Below, in pieces: positions 11,172 through 23,060 of a stretch of 64,000 bases of DNA; within the stretch, counting starts at the first letter, position 1, and every line of letters starts with the position of its first letter. Origin of the DNA: Squalus acanthias (lineage: Eukaryota). Under the pieces are notes generated by a model, which was not told the origin of the DNA, made no database searches, and worked only from the letters and a program-made list of their open reading frames with translations. The position numbers and the translations under genes were made by a program. Where the stretch lies: the NCBI GenBank assembly GCA_030390025.1, contig CM059432.1:22136001-22200000 (forward strand). Direction: 5' to 3'.

Positions 11172-12320
11172 ATGCACAAGTTCGAGCAAGACTTCTTCGC
11201 TGCACAGGACCTCCAACCAACGCTGTACACCAGATACATCGACGACATCTTCTTCCTTTGGACCCACGGCGAAGGATCACTGAAAGGACTACATGATAGC
11301 ATCAACAGGTTCCATCCCACCATCAAACTCACCATGGACTACTCCTCAGAATCGGTTTCATTCTTGGACACACGAATCTCCATCAAAGACGGACGCCTCA
11401 GCACTTCACTCTACCGCAAGCCCACGGACAACCTCACGATGCTCCACTTCTCCAGCTTCCACCCTAACCACGTTAAAGAAGCCATCCCCTATGGACAAGC
11501 CCTGCGAATACACAGGATCTGCTCAGACGAGGAGGAACGCGATGGACACCTACGGACACTGAAAGACGCCCTCGTAAGAACGGGATATGACGCTCGACTC
11601 GTCGATCGACAGTTCCGACGGGCCACAGCGAAAAACCGCATAGACCTCCTCAGAAGACGAACACGGGACACAAACAACAGAGTACCCTACGTCGTCCAGT
11701 ACTTCCCCGGAGCGGAAAAACTACGCCATGTTCTTCGCAGCCTTCAACATGTCATCGATGACGACGAACACCTTGCTAAGGCCATCCCCACGCCTCCACT
11801 ACTCGCCTTCAAGCAGCCGCCTAACCTCAAAAGTACCATCGTTCGCAGCAGATTGCCCATCTTTCAGGCGAACAGCAACCAAGACACCACACAACCCTGC
11901 CACGGCAACCTCTGCAAGACATGCCAAATCATGGACACAGATACCATCATCACACGTGAGGACACTACCCACCAGGTACACGGTACATACTCATGTGACT
12001 CGGCCAACGTTGTCTACCTGATACGTTGCAGTAAAGGATGCTCCAGAGCATGGTACATCAGCGAGACCATGCAGACACTGAGACAACGTATGAACGGACA
12101 CCGCGCAACAATCGCCAGGCAGGAGGGTTGCCTCCCAGTCGGGGAACACTTCAGCAGCCAGGGGCATTCAGCCTCGGATATGCGGGTAAGCGTTCTCCAA
12201 GGCGGCCTTCGAAATACACGACAGCGCAAAATCATCGAGCAGAAACTGATAGCCAAGTTCCGCACTCATGAGGAGGGCCTCAATCGCGATATCGGGTTCA
12301 TGTCACGATACAGAACGTGA
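11172..12320 (+). CDS. Penelope-like RT C-terminal half, Cys-rich linker and GIY-YIG endonuclease (partial)
   Basis: RYIDD, FLD, LYRKPT, PCHGNLCKTC, VVYLIRC..WYISET..LRQRMNGH and GLN. The YIG motif reads YIS. Confidence 0.9.
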   Translation: MHKFEQDFFAAQDLQPTLYTRYIDDIFFLWTHGEGSLKGLHDSINRFHPTIKLTMDYSSESVSFLDTRISIKDGRLSTSLYRKPTDNLTMLHFSSFHPNHVKEAIPYGQALRIHRICSDEEERDGHLRTLKDALVRTGYDARLVDRQFRRATAKNRIDLLRRRTRDTNNRVPYVVQYFPGAEKLRHVLRSLQHVIDDDEHLAKAIPTPPLLAFKQPPNLKSTIVRSRLPIFQANSNQDTTQPCHGNLCKTCQIMDTDTIITREDTTHQVHGTYSCDSANVVYLIRCSKGCSRAWYISETMQTLRQRMNGHRATIARQEGCLPVGEHFSSQGHSASDMRVSVLQGGLRNTRQRKIIEQKLIAKFRTHEEGLNRDIGFMSRYRT

Positions 12321-12542
12321 CTTGACATCATGGCCGGTCTTCCCAGGTGTTTTTTTTTAAAAAAGGCTAACACAAGAACCTACACAGATTGACAGGATAT
12401 GCAGCCAGCAGGTGGTTTGACACGTTGGACCCCCTGGGACACATCTCATTGTCTTGGCTATGCTCTTTGATGTGGGAAAGATTTGAATATATTTTGTCTG
12501 TGTTTAAATTGTGAATTCTGGGAGATTCTCTCACTGCTAAAC

Positions 12543-12581
12543 TTACCTGACGAAGGAGCAAACTGCTCCGAAAGCTTGTAA
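12543..12581 (+). ncRNA. Minimal type I hammerhead ribozyme in the Penelope pseudo-LTR
   Basis: UUAC-CUGACGA-A-GGAGCA(aac)UGCUCC-GAAA-GC-UU-GUAA: conserved core, 6-bp stem II, palindromic AGCU stem III and 4-bp stem I. Confidence 0.75.
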
Positions 12582-13456
12582 AATTAAATAAATCTGTTGG
12601 ACTATAACCTGGTGTTGTGCGACTTCTCATTTTTGTCCACCCCAGTCCAACGCCGGCATCTCCACATCATGCTCTCATACAGACTCAGATTGAGGCCACG
12701 CGAGCACAGACTGCTGCCAACCTCGATGGTTCGTGCACATGTCCCCGGGGCTGTCACCGCGCCGCAGCAGGCCAGCAATCTGTTCTCCGGCAGATTGCTC
12801 CGGATGCTGAAGTGCTGCCCCGTGGGAGTGCCAGTGTGTCGGGCGAGCAGGGAGTTGCTGTCCTCTCTCACGATGACAGCATTCCTGCTGCCATCACTGT
12901 CACTTCTCCACTGCACTTGCCACCGCCTGTAGGACAGACTGCTGCCGCCCATGCAGAGTTGGTACAGTCTGCAGCCGGGCCCTCCAGGCCCAGAACTGGT
13001 CGAGGCCGTCCTTCAGGGGCATCTGCAGTGTCAGGGTCTGACGAGCAGCAGTCTTCCACCAGCCTTGCTGCAGCCACTGAGGTCCCATTACGGAGGAGCA
13101 GTAGGGTTAGAAGGGGGGAAGTGCGCAAGGGAAGGAGATCACCCTCGAAGGGCAAAAAGTAGGAGGTGTGACAAAATGCTGGTCATTTTTTTATTAAAGG
13201 TCGAGGTTCGTGGTCCAACTTTTGTTTAGTGTTTTGGACATTATCTCCAGGTTGTGAGAACCAGTTATGTTATTGACTGTTGTTTTGTGTTTATTTCTAT
13301 GAGTTTGTCATGAGGAATTGACACACACAGAGTTTGTAAAATAAATAAGTTTCTGTATTCAAAATATACATGGTTGGTGGTTGGAATTATTGGTGCCTTG
13401 GCCGGCTTAGGGGTTGCGTGCTGGGTTGATTAATGTTGGTAGCAATGGCAGGGGCC

Positions 13457-14617
13457 CTAGAAGCGGCTTGCTATTAGCCGTTGACGGACGGCCCTTGCAG
13501 TTTGACCATTGTGGGCCGCCCTCCTGCCTTGGTGCTGCTGATGATCATCGTCCTCGTCCTCTTCCTCCTCTTCCTCCTCCTCCTCTGGTGGTGCTCCAAG
13601 GCCTGGTGGCATTGGCTGGGTCCTGAGGATTGCCATGTTATGCAACATGCAGCACACGACTACGAAGTTCGATACTCGCTCAGGCGAGTACTGCAGGGCT
13701 CCTCCGGAATGGTCCAGACAGCGGAACCGTTGCTTCAGCACGCCGATTGTGCGCTCAATAATGTTCCTGGTAGCTTGATGGCTCTCATTGTACCGCAGCT
13801 CAGCAGGGGTGTTGGGCGTACGGAGCGGTGTCCTCAGCCAGGTGCTCAATGCATACCCCTTGTCCCCGAGAAGCCAACCAACTGGCTGATGCGGTGCCTC
13901 CAAAAGTTCTGCCACAGTAGTCTGGCGCAGGATAAAAGCATCGTGGCAGCTGCCAGGATACTGGGCATTGACAGCGAGTATCAGCTGTCTGTGGTCACAG
14001 ACCAACTGGACATTCAAGGAATGGAACCCCTTTCTGTTCCTGAATTCCTCGGCATTCTCACGCGGAGCACGCAAAGCCACATGCGTGCAGTCAATGGCGC
14101 CCTGCACCATGGGGAAGCCCGCTACCCTCGCAAAGCCCAGAGCGCGGTCACGCTGCTTGTCTGGGGTCATGGGGAAAGAGATGAACTCTCGTCTCCTTCT
14201 GAAGAAGGCATTTGTGACCTGCCGGATGCAGCAATGCACCGCGAACTGGGAGATATTGGCGAGGTCCCCAGCAGCAGCTTGAAATGAGCCAGTGGCGTAA
14301 AAGTTCAAAGCCACTGTGACCTTCACTGCCACCGACAGAGATGTCCTGGACCTCAGTTGAGGCTGCAGATCTGGCTGCAGCAGGTGGCAGAGCTCAGTGA
14401 CCAACTCCTTGCTGAATCGCAGCCTTCGCAAACACAGCTCCTCGGACATATGGATGTAGGAGAGCTGTTCACGATATACCCTGGGAGGGTAAGCTCTCCT
14501 GTACATACGCCTGATGGCCCTCCTCCGTCTGGCCATCATTGCCACTCTCTCTCTGCGTCTCTGTATCCTCCGATTCAGCTGGAGCAGGACGACGCCCCCA
14601 ATCAGTGCAGCCCCCAT
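13457..14617 (-). CDS. Harbinger DDE transposase (HARBI1-like family), 386 aa from the first ATG
   Basis: GAIDCTH, NRKGFHSLNVQ, PGSCHD, LGDKGY and RNIIERTIGVLKQRFRCL. Frame is uninterrupted. Confidence 0.95.
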   Translation of the reverse strand: MGAALIGGVVLLQLNRRIQRRRERVAMMARRRRAIRRMYRRAYPPRVYREQLSYIHMSEELCLRRLRFSKELVTELCHLLQPDLQPQLRSRTSLSVAVKVTVALNFYATGSFQAAAGDLANISQFAVHCCIRQVTNAFFRRRREFISFPMTPDKQRDRALGFARVAGFPMVQGAIDCTHVALRAPRENAEEFRNRKGFHSLNVQLVCDHRQLILAVNAQYPGSCHDAFILRQTTVAELLEAPHQPVGWLLGDKGYALSTWLRTPLRTPNTPAELRYNESHQATRNIIERTIGVLKQRFRCLDHSGGALQYSPERVSNFVVVCCMLHNMAILRTQPMPPGLGAPPEEEEEEEEEDEDDDHQQHQGRRAAHNGQTARAVRQRLIASRF

Positions 14618-16429
14618 ATTCTCTTTGCAAGCAAAGTAATGAAGGACAGCAACTAAAGTAGCAGCAAAGTTAGGATCAATAGGCAAAACTACCTCACAAA
14701 GCGTTGAGTCAGTGTAGAAGTCTCTCTTTCTCTCTCTCCGAATCTCTCTCTCTCTCTCAGAACGAGTGGTGCAAAAATGTCGACCACAGAAAAAGACAGG
14801 AAGAGGCCCCCTTTAAATAGCGGCCCCCCCCAGCCCCACAGCGATTGATAGCGTTCCAGTCTTCCGGTCGTTGGAAGCGCCAGGCGGTAAGGCAGGGGGC
14901 GCCACTCAATTTCCGCTCCGGGGCACCACAAGGGCGTTGCACCATGGAATGACGTCACAATCTGCGCGCGCAGGTGGTCGCAGCGGTAAGTTTTAGCGCC
15001 GCCGCACAATGTCAAGTTAAGTTCCCGAGCGGCGCAAACATCGCTGCGCCCAGGCGTTAGCGGCTTTGCGACTCATTAGCGCCCTCTTAAGGCGCTAACG
15101 GGAGGCGCAACCAACTGAATTTTTACCCCAAAGAGTCTGCAAAGGGATATAGATAGACTAAGTGAGTGGGCAGTAAGGTGACAGATGGAGTATAATGTAG
15201 GGAAATGTGAGGTTATTCACTTTGGTAGGAAGAATAGAAAAACAGAATATTCTGTAAATGGTGAGAAACTTTCAAATGTTGGTGTTCAGAGAGATTTGGG
15301 TGTCCTTGTGCAAGAAACACAGAAAGCTAGCATGCAGGTACAGCAAGCAATAAGGAAGGCAAATAGCATGTTGGCCTTTATTGCAAGGGGGTTGTAGTAT
15401 AAGAGTAAGGAAGTCTTGCTACAATTATACAGGGCCTTGGTGAGACCACACCTGGAGTACTGTGCATAGTTTTGGTCTCCTTATCTAAGGAAGGATATAC
15501 TTGCCTTGGAGGCAGTGCAACAAAGGTTCACTAGATTGATTCCTGGGATGAGAGGGCTGTCCTATGATGAAAGATTGTGTAGATTGGACCTATACTCTCT
15601 GGAGTTTAGAAGAATGAGAGGTGATCTCATTGAAACATATAAGATTCTGAAGGGGATTGACAGGGTAGATGCTGAGAGGTTGTTTCCCCAGGCTGGAGTG
15701 TCTAGAACTAGGGGGCATAGTCTCAGGATAAGGGGTAGGCCATTTAAGACCGAGATGAGGAGGAATTTCTTCACTCAGAGGGTTGTGAATCTTTGGAATT
15801 CTCTGCCCCAGACGGTTGTGGATGCTGAGTCTTTGAGTATATGCAAGGCTGAGATAGATAGATTTTTGGACTCTAGGGGAATCAAGGGTTATGGAGATCA
15901 GGCGGAGAAAGTGGAGTTGAGGTCAATAATCAGCCATGATCTTATTGAATGGAGGAGCAGGCTCGAGGGGACGTATGGCCTACTCCTGCTCTTATTTCTT
16001 ATGTTCTTATATTCTTAATCTTGACAGATCAGTGCCCTTATAGGAAATGGTAAACTCCAGGCTTCAGTACAACAAACTGAATATGGATTCTGAAGTCTGG
16101 CTCCAAATAGTAATTCATTTTATTGCTTCATCTTCAAAGACAAGCTTCCAAGTAGATGCGTTTCAGTTACCCGAGGACTGTTGTTAGCTGCTTTGAGGAG
16201 ATCATTAATATTGTGTTATCCTTAGATGATTGCAGGAGGTTAACTACTATTGGCTCACATAAAGGGAAACTTTTTTTTTGATTCTGGGTTGCTGTGAGAG
16301 TGGAGCGCAACTGGGGACACACAACCTCCTAATGTCCCTCTCCGCTTTTTAATTTCCTCGTGACTGTGGGCCAGTGGGAAAGAGGCGCGAGTTTACTAGT
16401 GCCACAGATGGTCAATTTCGGGATGCAGG

Positions 16430-16905
16430 AAAATTAAGGTCATGGACACCATCAGAGTTCACCTTTGCCAAAAAGCTCAAGTAGGCTAGATGTTTGCCGG
16501 TTCTTCTTTTCCAAAAGAGTAGTGAGCCTCTGGACTGCGTTGCCGGCTTCTGCCGTGTGTGCTGACTCTCTGCAAGCCTTCAAGTGAGATCTGGACCGGC
16601 TCTTGGCTGGAGCAGAGATTGCCTCTTATGAAAGGTAAGTGGATTATTAGTTAACATACACATGGCCAATGCGATCTCCTGGACTAGTTTTGATTGTCGA
16701 TGGGGGTCGGAGAGGAATTTTCCAATTTATTTTTCCCTTATTGGTCTTGTTTTTTTCTGGTTGTTTGGCTCTCCCAGGAGATTACACACCTGGGTGGGGG
16801 GGGGGGCGGTGGGGGAGGGTAGGAAGCGTCTACTTGCGATGCTCAGACATCATGAGTGTGGAGCAGGCTTAATGGGCTAGCTGTTCTTTTCCTGCCCCGT
16901 CATAT
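16430..16905 (+). mobile_element. Old CR1-like 3' fragment with a long 3' UTR
   Basis: Degraded FFFSKRVVSLW..LP..DSLQAFK peptide, then a CR1-like terminal hairpin. Confidence 0.55.
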
Positions 16906-17691
16906 GTGCCACGCTCCTGCCGGTGGTTCTTGTTATCAATACCAGTGCCTTATTATCCCGTTGTAATACGAGATGGCACAGAAGCCTCCAAAGATGGGGA
17001 ACGCCACTTTTGTAAAAATTGTCTTATTCTCCGCTTGCAGGGGGCTGCAATGCTATTCCGATCACGAGGGGACTGAGCCTACACTGTGCTCAGCAGTGCA
17101 AGCTTTGCGTTGCTGGCCAACCTTCCCCGACACATTGGAGAAGGCTTTGTAGGCACAATTGCAAAGTTACATTCAAGGCTTTTGGGCACATGTGTAAACA
17201 TTACGTGTGCACTGTTGCCATATTGTTGCTACTAGTCTCCACAGCTTCCCAGTCTTCGGAGGCCTGTATATCACCTCCCGTGTTGTAGTGTTGCCTCCAG
17301 AAGCAACGCTGCAAAGTAAATGGGATAGTAAGGCACATTTAAATTGATAACATGCATCAGTGGCAGCAGCATGGTATTCAAAATGCAAGCAATTGCATTG
17401 TATTGAGAAATTGCTTTTGTTTGGATATAAGAATTTTGTGCTTGATATACTTTTTGACTCAACAACTATGTTAGTCATTAGCATGGAGAAAACTCCTTTT
17501 TTATGTAATCGGTAAGAAAAAAATGTACTTTAAAATAAATCTGTGAATTAAAAAAAGCTGCATTTATTTTCATTCGAATTATTTTGATTTCTTGTTCATT
17601 GTGAACAGGCGGTATCCTGCTGACATTAACATCTGGTTAAGAGAATGATCTCCTTAAAAGCTGCGATGATTGTTAGATAACCAGAAACTAT

Positions 17692-18390
17692 GGGGTGAAT
17701 TTTAAACCCCAGAAACTGGTGGGTTGGGGCCGGGTCAGATGTTAAAACTTTTTAAATCTCAAACGCGACCCCGACCCGCATCCAACCCACCCACTTCTGG
17801 GTTTAATGCAGGTGGGACAGGGGGCGAGCAGCCAATCCGCTCTCAGGAGGTGGGTTGGCAATTTAAATATTTGAATGTGGCTGGCAGCCTCTGAGTTAAC
17901 CTGATTTTCAGGTTTAACAGTAGCCGGCCAGATTTCCCAGGCCTTGGGAGCTGAAAGGAGCCGAGACAGCTTCGGGGAGAAGGTAAATGCCTTTACAGCA
18001 CTGCTTGTGGGCCAGGAGACACAGGAGTGTTTTCCCCCGGCCCCCTTAGGCTCCCCCCTCCTTATCAGACCCTAGCCCCATATAAAGAGCCTCGGGATCG
18101 GATATCGGACCCCCCTGGGATCGGAGATCGGACCCCCCTCCCAGGACCCTAGTAGGAGAATCCCATACCTGCTCCTGCGGCATCCCTCCCCCCCACCCCC
18201 TCGCCCAACTGGAAGCCAAGACTGTCACCCAAGCTGACTTCCGGGGGGCGTCTTGTCAAAGAAAAAAGTCGCACGCTGTGGAGTTAAAACCCACAGATGG
18301 CAGGGAAAGCCGGACTTCGGTGTCTTTGCCTTTCTCCCGCTCGCTCTGTGTCCATTTTTCGTCCACCAGTCTGTAAAATGCTCCAAGATG
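17692..18390. mobile_element. Degenerate GC-rich MITE; related copies near 22015-22535, 41870-42270, 44105-44750 and 55435-55830
   Basis: GGGGTGAATTTT-type terminus and shared internal motifs such as TTTAAATAT and CCCACCC. Confidence 0.45.
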
Positions 18391-18517
18391 TCCCTTATAT
18401 GTGAGACGAAAAATAAAAATGTAAGTTGGTGGTATTCAACCTCTTAAAAACGACAGCCAATAGCAAATATGTAGTTCTTCCACTGATGGTTGAAGCTGGA
18501 ATTATAGGGGGTAGTAT

Positions 18518-19278
18518 TAAGAGTTAGAGGCTGAACCACACTGTTCGCAACCTTGGTGTCATATTTAACCCTGAAATGAGCTTCCGACCACATATCCGCA
18601 GCATAACAAAGACCACCTACTTCCACCTCCGTAACATCACCCGTCTCCGCCCTTGCCTCAGCTCATCTGCTGCTGAAACCCTCATCCATGCCTTTGTTAC
18701 CTCTAGACTTGACCTATTCCAATGCACTCCTGGCTGGCCTCCCATATTCCACCCTACGTAAACTTAGGTCATCCAAAACTCGGCTGCCCGTGTCCTAACC
18801 CGCACCAAGTCCCGTCCGCCCATCACCCCTGTGCTCGCTGACCTACATTGGCTCTCGGTTAAGCAACGACTTGATTTCAAAATTCTCTTCCTTGTTTCCA
18901 AATCCATCCATGGCCTCGCCCCTCCCTATCTCTGTAATCTCCTTCAGCCCCACAACCCCCCGAGATATCTGCGCTCCTCCAGTTCTGCCCTCTTTAGCAT
19001 CCCTGATTATAATCGCTCAACCTTTGGTGGTCGTGCCTTCTGTTGCCTAGGCCCTAAGCTCTGGAATTCCCTCCCTAAACCTCTCCGCCTCTCTACCTCT
19101 CCTCCTTTAAGATGCTCCTTCAAACCTACCTCTTTGACTAAGCTTTTGGTCACCTGCCCTAATTTATCCTTATGTGGCTCGGTGTCAAATTTTTGTCTTA
19201 AACTACTCCTGTGCAGCGCCTTGGGACGTTTTACTATGTTAAAGGTGCTATATAAATACAAGTTGTTGTTGTTGTTGT
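18518..19278 (+). mobile_element. L2 LINE 3' fragment
   Basis: [16 protein letters not shown] peptide, GGRAF..GPKLWNSLP and a (TTG)n tail. Confidence 0.88.
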
Positions 19279-19974
19279 AGTTCTCCCTCAGGGAGCCTCA
19301 CCCTCGGCTGCGAATTTTGGGACATCGATTGTGCGTTGCCCAAGATTTTCTATACATAGAACCATAAAGGTTTACAGCACAAAAGGAGGCCATTCAGCCC
19401 AACATGTCTATGCCATTGCTTTGAAAAGAATTAAGAAAGCATTTACATTTATATAGCACATTTCATGATCTCAGGACGTCCCAAAGCGCTTTACAGCCAA
19501 TTAAGTATTTTTTGAGTGCATTCTCTGTTGTAATCTAGGGAAACGTGGGAGCCATATTGTACACGGCAAGATCCCAAAAACAGCAATGAGATGTATTCTA
19601 TGCCTCTAAATACAATACCAAGGATACCGCTTGCCTTTGAATCTTGATGTCAATACACTGAGGTTGCGACAGAAGTAAAAGCATATAGAGAACAAAATCT
19701 TTGATCTCCATAAGTAACTAAAAGACAATACTGTCATCAAAGCTGATTGATGGTTGGCCTGCCTAGTTTATTTTATGGTTGAATGCCTACGCTGATAGGT
19801 ACGTGTCCACTAAATTCACCCTGACCTAGAATAGTTTTCCCATTTTTTTTTAAATGTTCTTTATTCACATGCTTTTTCTATGGAAAGATGAGTAACCTCC
19901 CTGCCTTCTTTTAAATATATTTTCTCAGAAAAGGATTGGGTAATATTGATGTTTTTCCCGTAGCTGTATATATT

Positions 19975-20723
19975 GGGCCAGAAATTCGGCTTTCGGCTTC
20001 CTGCGGGTGCAAGATCGCGTGCGTACTTACCTAGCGCGCCTGCCGTTGTGCTTCGGGCCCACGTGGAATTTGGCTCCTGGGCCTCCTGCAGGTGCTTGTG
20101 TATCCCAGGGGCACAGTTAGTTCGAAGCGTCCCCTGGGATCACGTGGGCCATGGAGACCCAATCCTAGCAGGGAATTTTCATTCATAGATTTGACAGGAA
20201 GACCTGTCAAATCTATGAATAGAGATCGGCCCCAAAACCACACTTAAACTTCAAATAATTTTTTTTAAAACATCACATTTTTAAAATAACTATAAGTTAC
20301 ATAAATTAACTACTTTAAACAAAAATTTTAATTTTTGAAAAAATTTATTATACTTTTTAATGGTGCTAAAAATAAACTTACCTTTCTTTAAAGTATCTAA
20401 AAAAGATAAACCTGTTGAAAAAATGTTTAAATTGTAATTAATTAACCACTTACCTTGTTAAAAACAGGCCTTGCGCCTCCTTTTTAAAAGTGCAGCTTCT
20501 CCATACTTACCCTCCCGGAGAAACCTGAAAAAAAAAACAAAGTTCGCTGCATGCGCGCAGCCTCTCCCGCGCACGCGTTCGACTTCTGAACCCCTCCCTT
20601 CAGGGAAATGGAAGTTCCGGTTTCCCGCACATGCGCAGTGCATGCAGGAAACCGGCACTTCAGATGGCCTTACGGGTGAGTACACAGCGCGTGCTCACCC
20701 GACAAGTGCCGAATTTCTGGCCC
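19975..20723. mobile_element. Harbinger-like MITE, 749 bp
   Basis: Perfect 16-bp TIR GGGCCAGAAATTCGGC and 3-bp TSD ATT. Confidence 0.88.
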
Positions 20724-21078
20724 ATTGTATTCAGTGCTTTCTCTAGTACTGCCTCAATAGGTTTCAAGGCTTTCTTTTCCAAAGTGCTAAGCCTCATAAA
20801 ATAGCTTTGTTGTTTGCCAGAGCAGAGTGAGGGTACTTATGGAGAGTGAGTTGTGAGAGATTTGTCTTGTTTTGAGTCATAAGATTCTTCATGGGAATTT
20901 ATAGCTGGTCACTGCTACCAGGGAACAACTTGTCTGATTATATATGAAATACACATTCTCTGTCTCACGCACAGACATCACTTCGAAGGCATTCTCCATA
21001 TGAGAAGGCTGCTTAACACAGGAACAGGAGTAGGCAATCCAGCCCCTTGAGTCTGTTCATCATTCAATTAGATCATGG

Positions 21079-21795
21079 GACCTTGGAGTGCATGTCCACA
21101 GATCCCTGAAGGTAGCAGGCCAAGTAGATAAGGTGGTTAAGAAGGCATACGGAATGCTTGCCTTTATTAGCCGTGGCATAGAATACAAGAGCAGGGGGGT
21201 TATGCTTCAACTGTATAAAACACTAGTTAGGCCTCAGCTAGAGTACTGCGTGCAGTTCTGGTCACCACATTACAGGAAAGATGTGATTGCACTTGAGAGG
21301 GTACAGAGGAGATTTACAAGGATGTTGCTGGGAGTAGAGAATCTTAGCTATGAGGAAAGACTGATAGGCTGGGTCTGTTTTCCTTGGAACAGAGGAGGCT
21401 GAGGGGAGACTTTATTGAGGTGTATAAAATTATGAGGGGCATAGATAAAGTGGATAGAAAGGACCTATTTCCCTTAGCAGAGGGGTCAAAAACCAGGGGG
21501 CACAGATTTAAAGTAATTGGGGGAAGGTTTAGAGGGAATTTGAGGGGAAATTTCTTCACCCAGAGGATTGTGGGGGTCTGGAACTCACTGCCTGAAAGGG
21601 TGGTAGAGGAAGGAACCCTAACCACATTTAAAAAGTACTTGGATGTGCACTTGGGATGCTGTAACCTGCAGGGCTACGGACCAAGAGCTGGGAAGTGGGA
21701 TTAGGCTGGATAGCTCTTTGTTGGCCGGCGCGGACACGATGGGCCGAAATGGCCTCCTTCCGTGCTGTAACTTTCTATGATTCTATGATTCTATG
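21079..21795 (+). mobile_element. CR1 3' fragment inserted into a reversed CR1 tail (about 21016-22020)
   Basis: LVRPQLEYCVQFWSP peptide, (TTCTATGA)n tail and ATGG duplicated at the junctions. Confidence 0.85.
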
Positions 21796-23060
21796 ATGGC
21801 TGATCTGTATCTCAACCCCAGTTATCCGCCTTTGCTCCATATCCCTTGATACCCTTACTGAACAAAAATCTATCGATCTCTGTCTTGGAAATTTCAATTG
21901 ACCCAGCATCCACAGCCATCATAGGGTTTTGGGGGAGAGTGTTCTTAGATTTCCTCTACTGTTTGTGTGAGAAAACGCTTCCTGATTTCATTCCTAATTA
22001 GCTCTAATTTTAAGATTATACCTGGCATGAGACCTGGGCGATTTTAACTCCTGGGCCTCACCTGTATGCCCCGGTCAGTTGGCCACACAAAATGAATGGG
22101 AATTGGCAGCTGGTGTAAGAAGAATTTTGGGTAGCAGGTGGCCTTCAGCCGGCACCAAAGGAATGGTTGCCAACTCGCAGGTAAGTTACTATGAGGGCGT
22201 TTTGGAATGGTCTCATGATCAGGAAGGAGGGGAGATCGGGCAGGGGATGTTAAAAAAGTCTCGTTTGAGCCTCTTCTGGCCCCAGATCCTCTGCCTGTTG
22301 TCTTCAACTGGCAGGAAAGCCACAAAGGCGTCCCCATTCAGGCCACCAGTTAAAATTGCAGTCGGGGCCTTCTGATGTCATTGGACCCCGATCTGCATAT
22401 TTAAAGAAGGACCCCACCAGCTTCAGGCAGGTGTCCTTGCTGCTTGCTCAGAAGCGCAGGTTAAAATTTAAAATATTGGGATCGATACAGGATATCGGTG
22501 GGAAAGTCGAACATGTAGGCTTAAAATTGCCCCCTATGTCAGGAAAACTTGTCGAGCAGATACTGTATGGCTTCGGAACCTATTTGTGATTGACAGTTTT
22601 GAAAGGTGACATTTAAATTTCTTTTGTCCTCGTTCAGACTTCAAAAAAGGGAGAAATATAACTGGGTCTCTGTGATTTTTATCTTTCTCACATAAAATGT
22701 TTTCATCAAGGACATAAGGAGGTCGACAATGTGGTTCCCATGCAGATCGACTAGTGCTCGTGCTATTCATGCACTGAACATGCCTGCGCATCACCCTGCC
22801 CATTAATGAGGTTATCTCATTAGAATTTTTACTGTTCTCAACACGATGCTCGTGACATGCCAGGAACGCTATTGGTTGGAGACCATCATTTCAGGCACCA
22901 GCAGCTCATGAAAGGGTTCGCTCTCTCTGTTCAGTGCTCCCTGCGCTACCCTCCCCTCCAGCCGCTATTCCAGACAGGTATTGTGCAACTGGAGTGCTGC
23001 TCAATTACTCCAGTTTGCTTTGAAGGGAGGCCCCTGCAATGTTCCCCCCTATTTTATTTT

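Larger units (their letters stand above)
11150..12669 (+). mobile_element. 5'-truncated Penelope-like element (Neptune/Naiad-like)
   Basis: TSD TGCTCTCA at 11142-11149 and 12670-12677. RT plus GIY-YIG ORF, followed by a 3' pseudo-LTR homologous to 23061-23246. Confidence 0.92.
9866..13162 (+). pseudogene. Harbinger Myb/SANT-like DNA-binding protein gene, 3 exons (9866-10102, 10333-10495, 10655-11149 joined to 12678-13162), about 459 aa, disrupted by insertion
   Basis: Myb/SANT motif RFT..LDAL..W..VA..RT..QCRKKFNDL. GT-AG introns in consistent phase. TGGG motif in exon 2. The frame is restored (LTAL-IQTQ) when the insert is removed. Confidence 0.88.
9507..15129. mobile_element. Autonomous-type PIF/Harbinger transposon with convergent Myb and transposase genes and a Penelope-like insertion
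   Basis: Termini GGGGTAGAAATT and AATTTTTACCCC, TSD AAA. Two convergent genes, as is typical of Harbinger. Confidence 0.95.
2172..16017 (+). mobile_element. Older 5'-truncated CR1 LINE (decayed ORF2) hosting three insertions
   Basis: Removing the inserts rejoins the ORF2 peptide at each junction: DSFLGQY|VMEPTR, GNQ|GSNE and ENTK|SLQ. RT motif FADD near 9452. 3' hairpin and TTCTTATG tail near 16000. Many stop codons. Confidence 0.9.

Noticed and set aside
12318..12320. Selenocysteine readthrough of the Penelope TGA
   Set aside because: The TGA follows the normal GLN-containing C-terminus, there is no internal TGA and I see no SECIS.
12597..12700. Rescue of the Myb gene by splicing into, or initiating in, the Penelope end
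   Set aside because: The pseudo-LTR acceptor-like site is out of phase with both upstream exon donors, and the ATG at 12669 is not in the Myb frame.
13457..14686. Domesticated host genes HARBI1 or NAIF1
   Set aside because: Both genes lie between TIRs with a TSD inside a LINE, so they are transposon genes.
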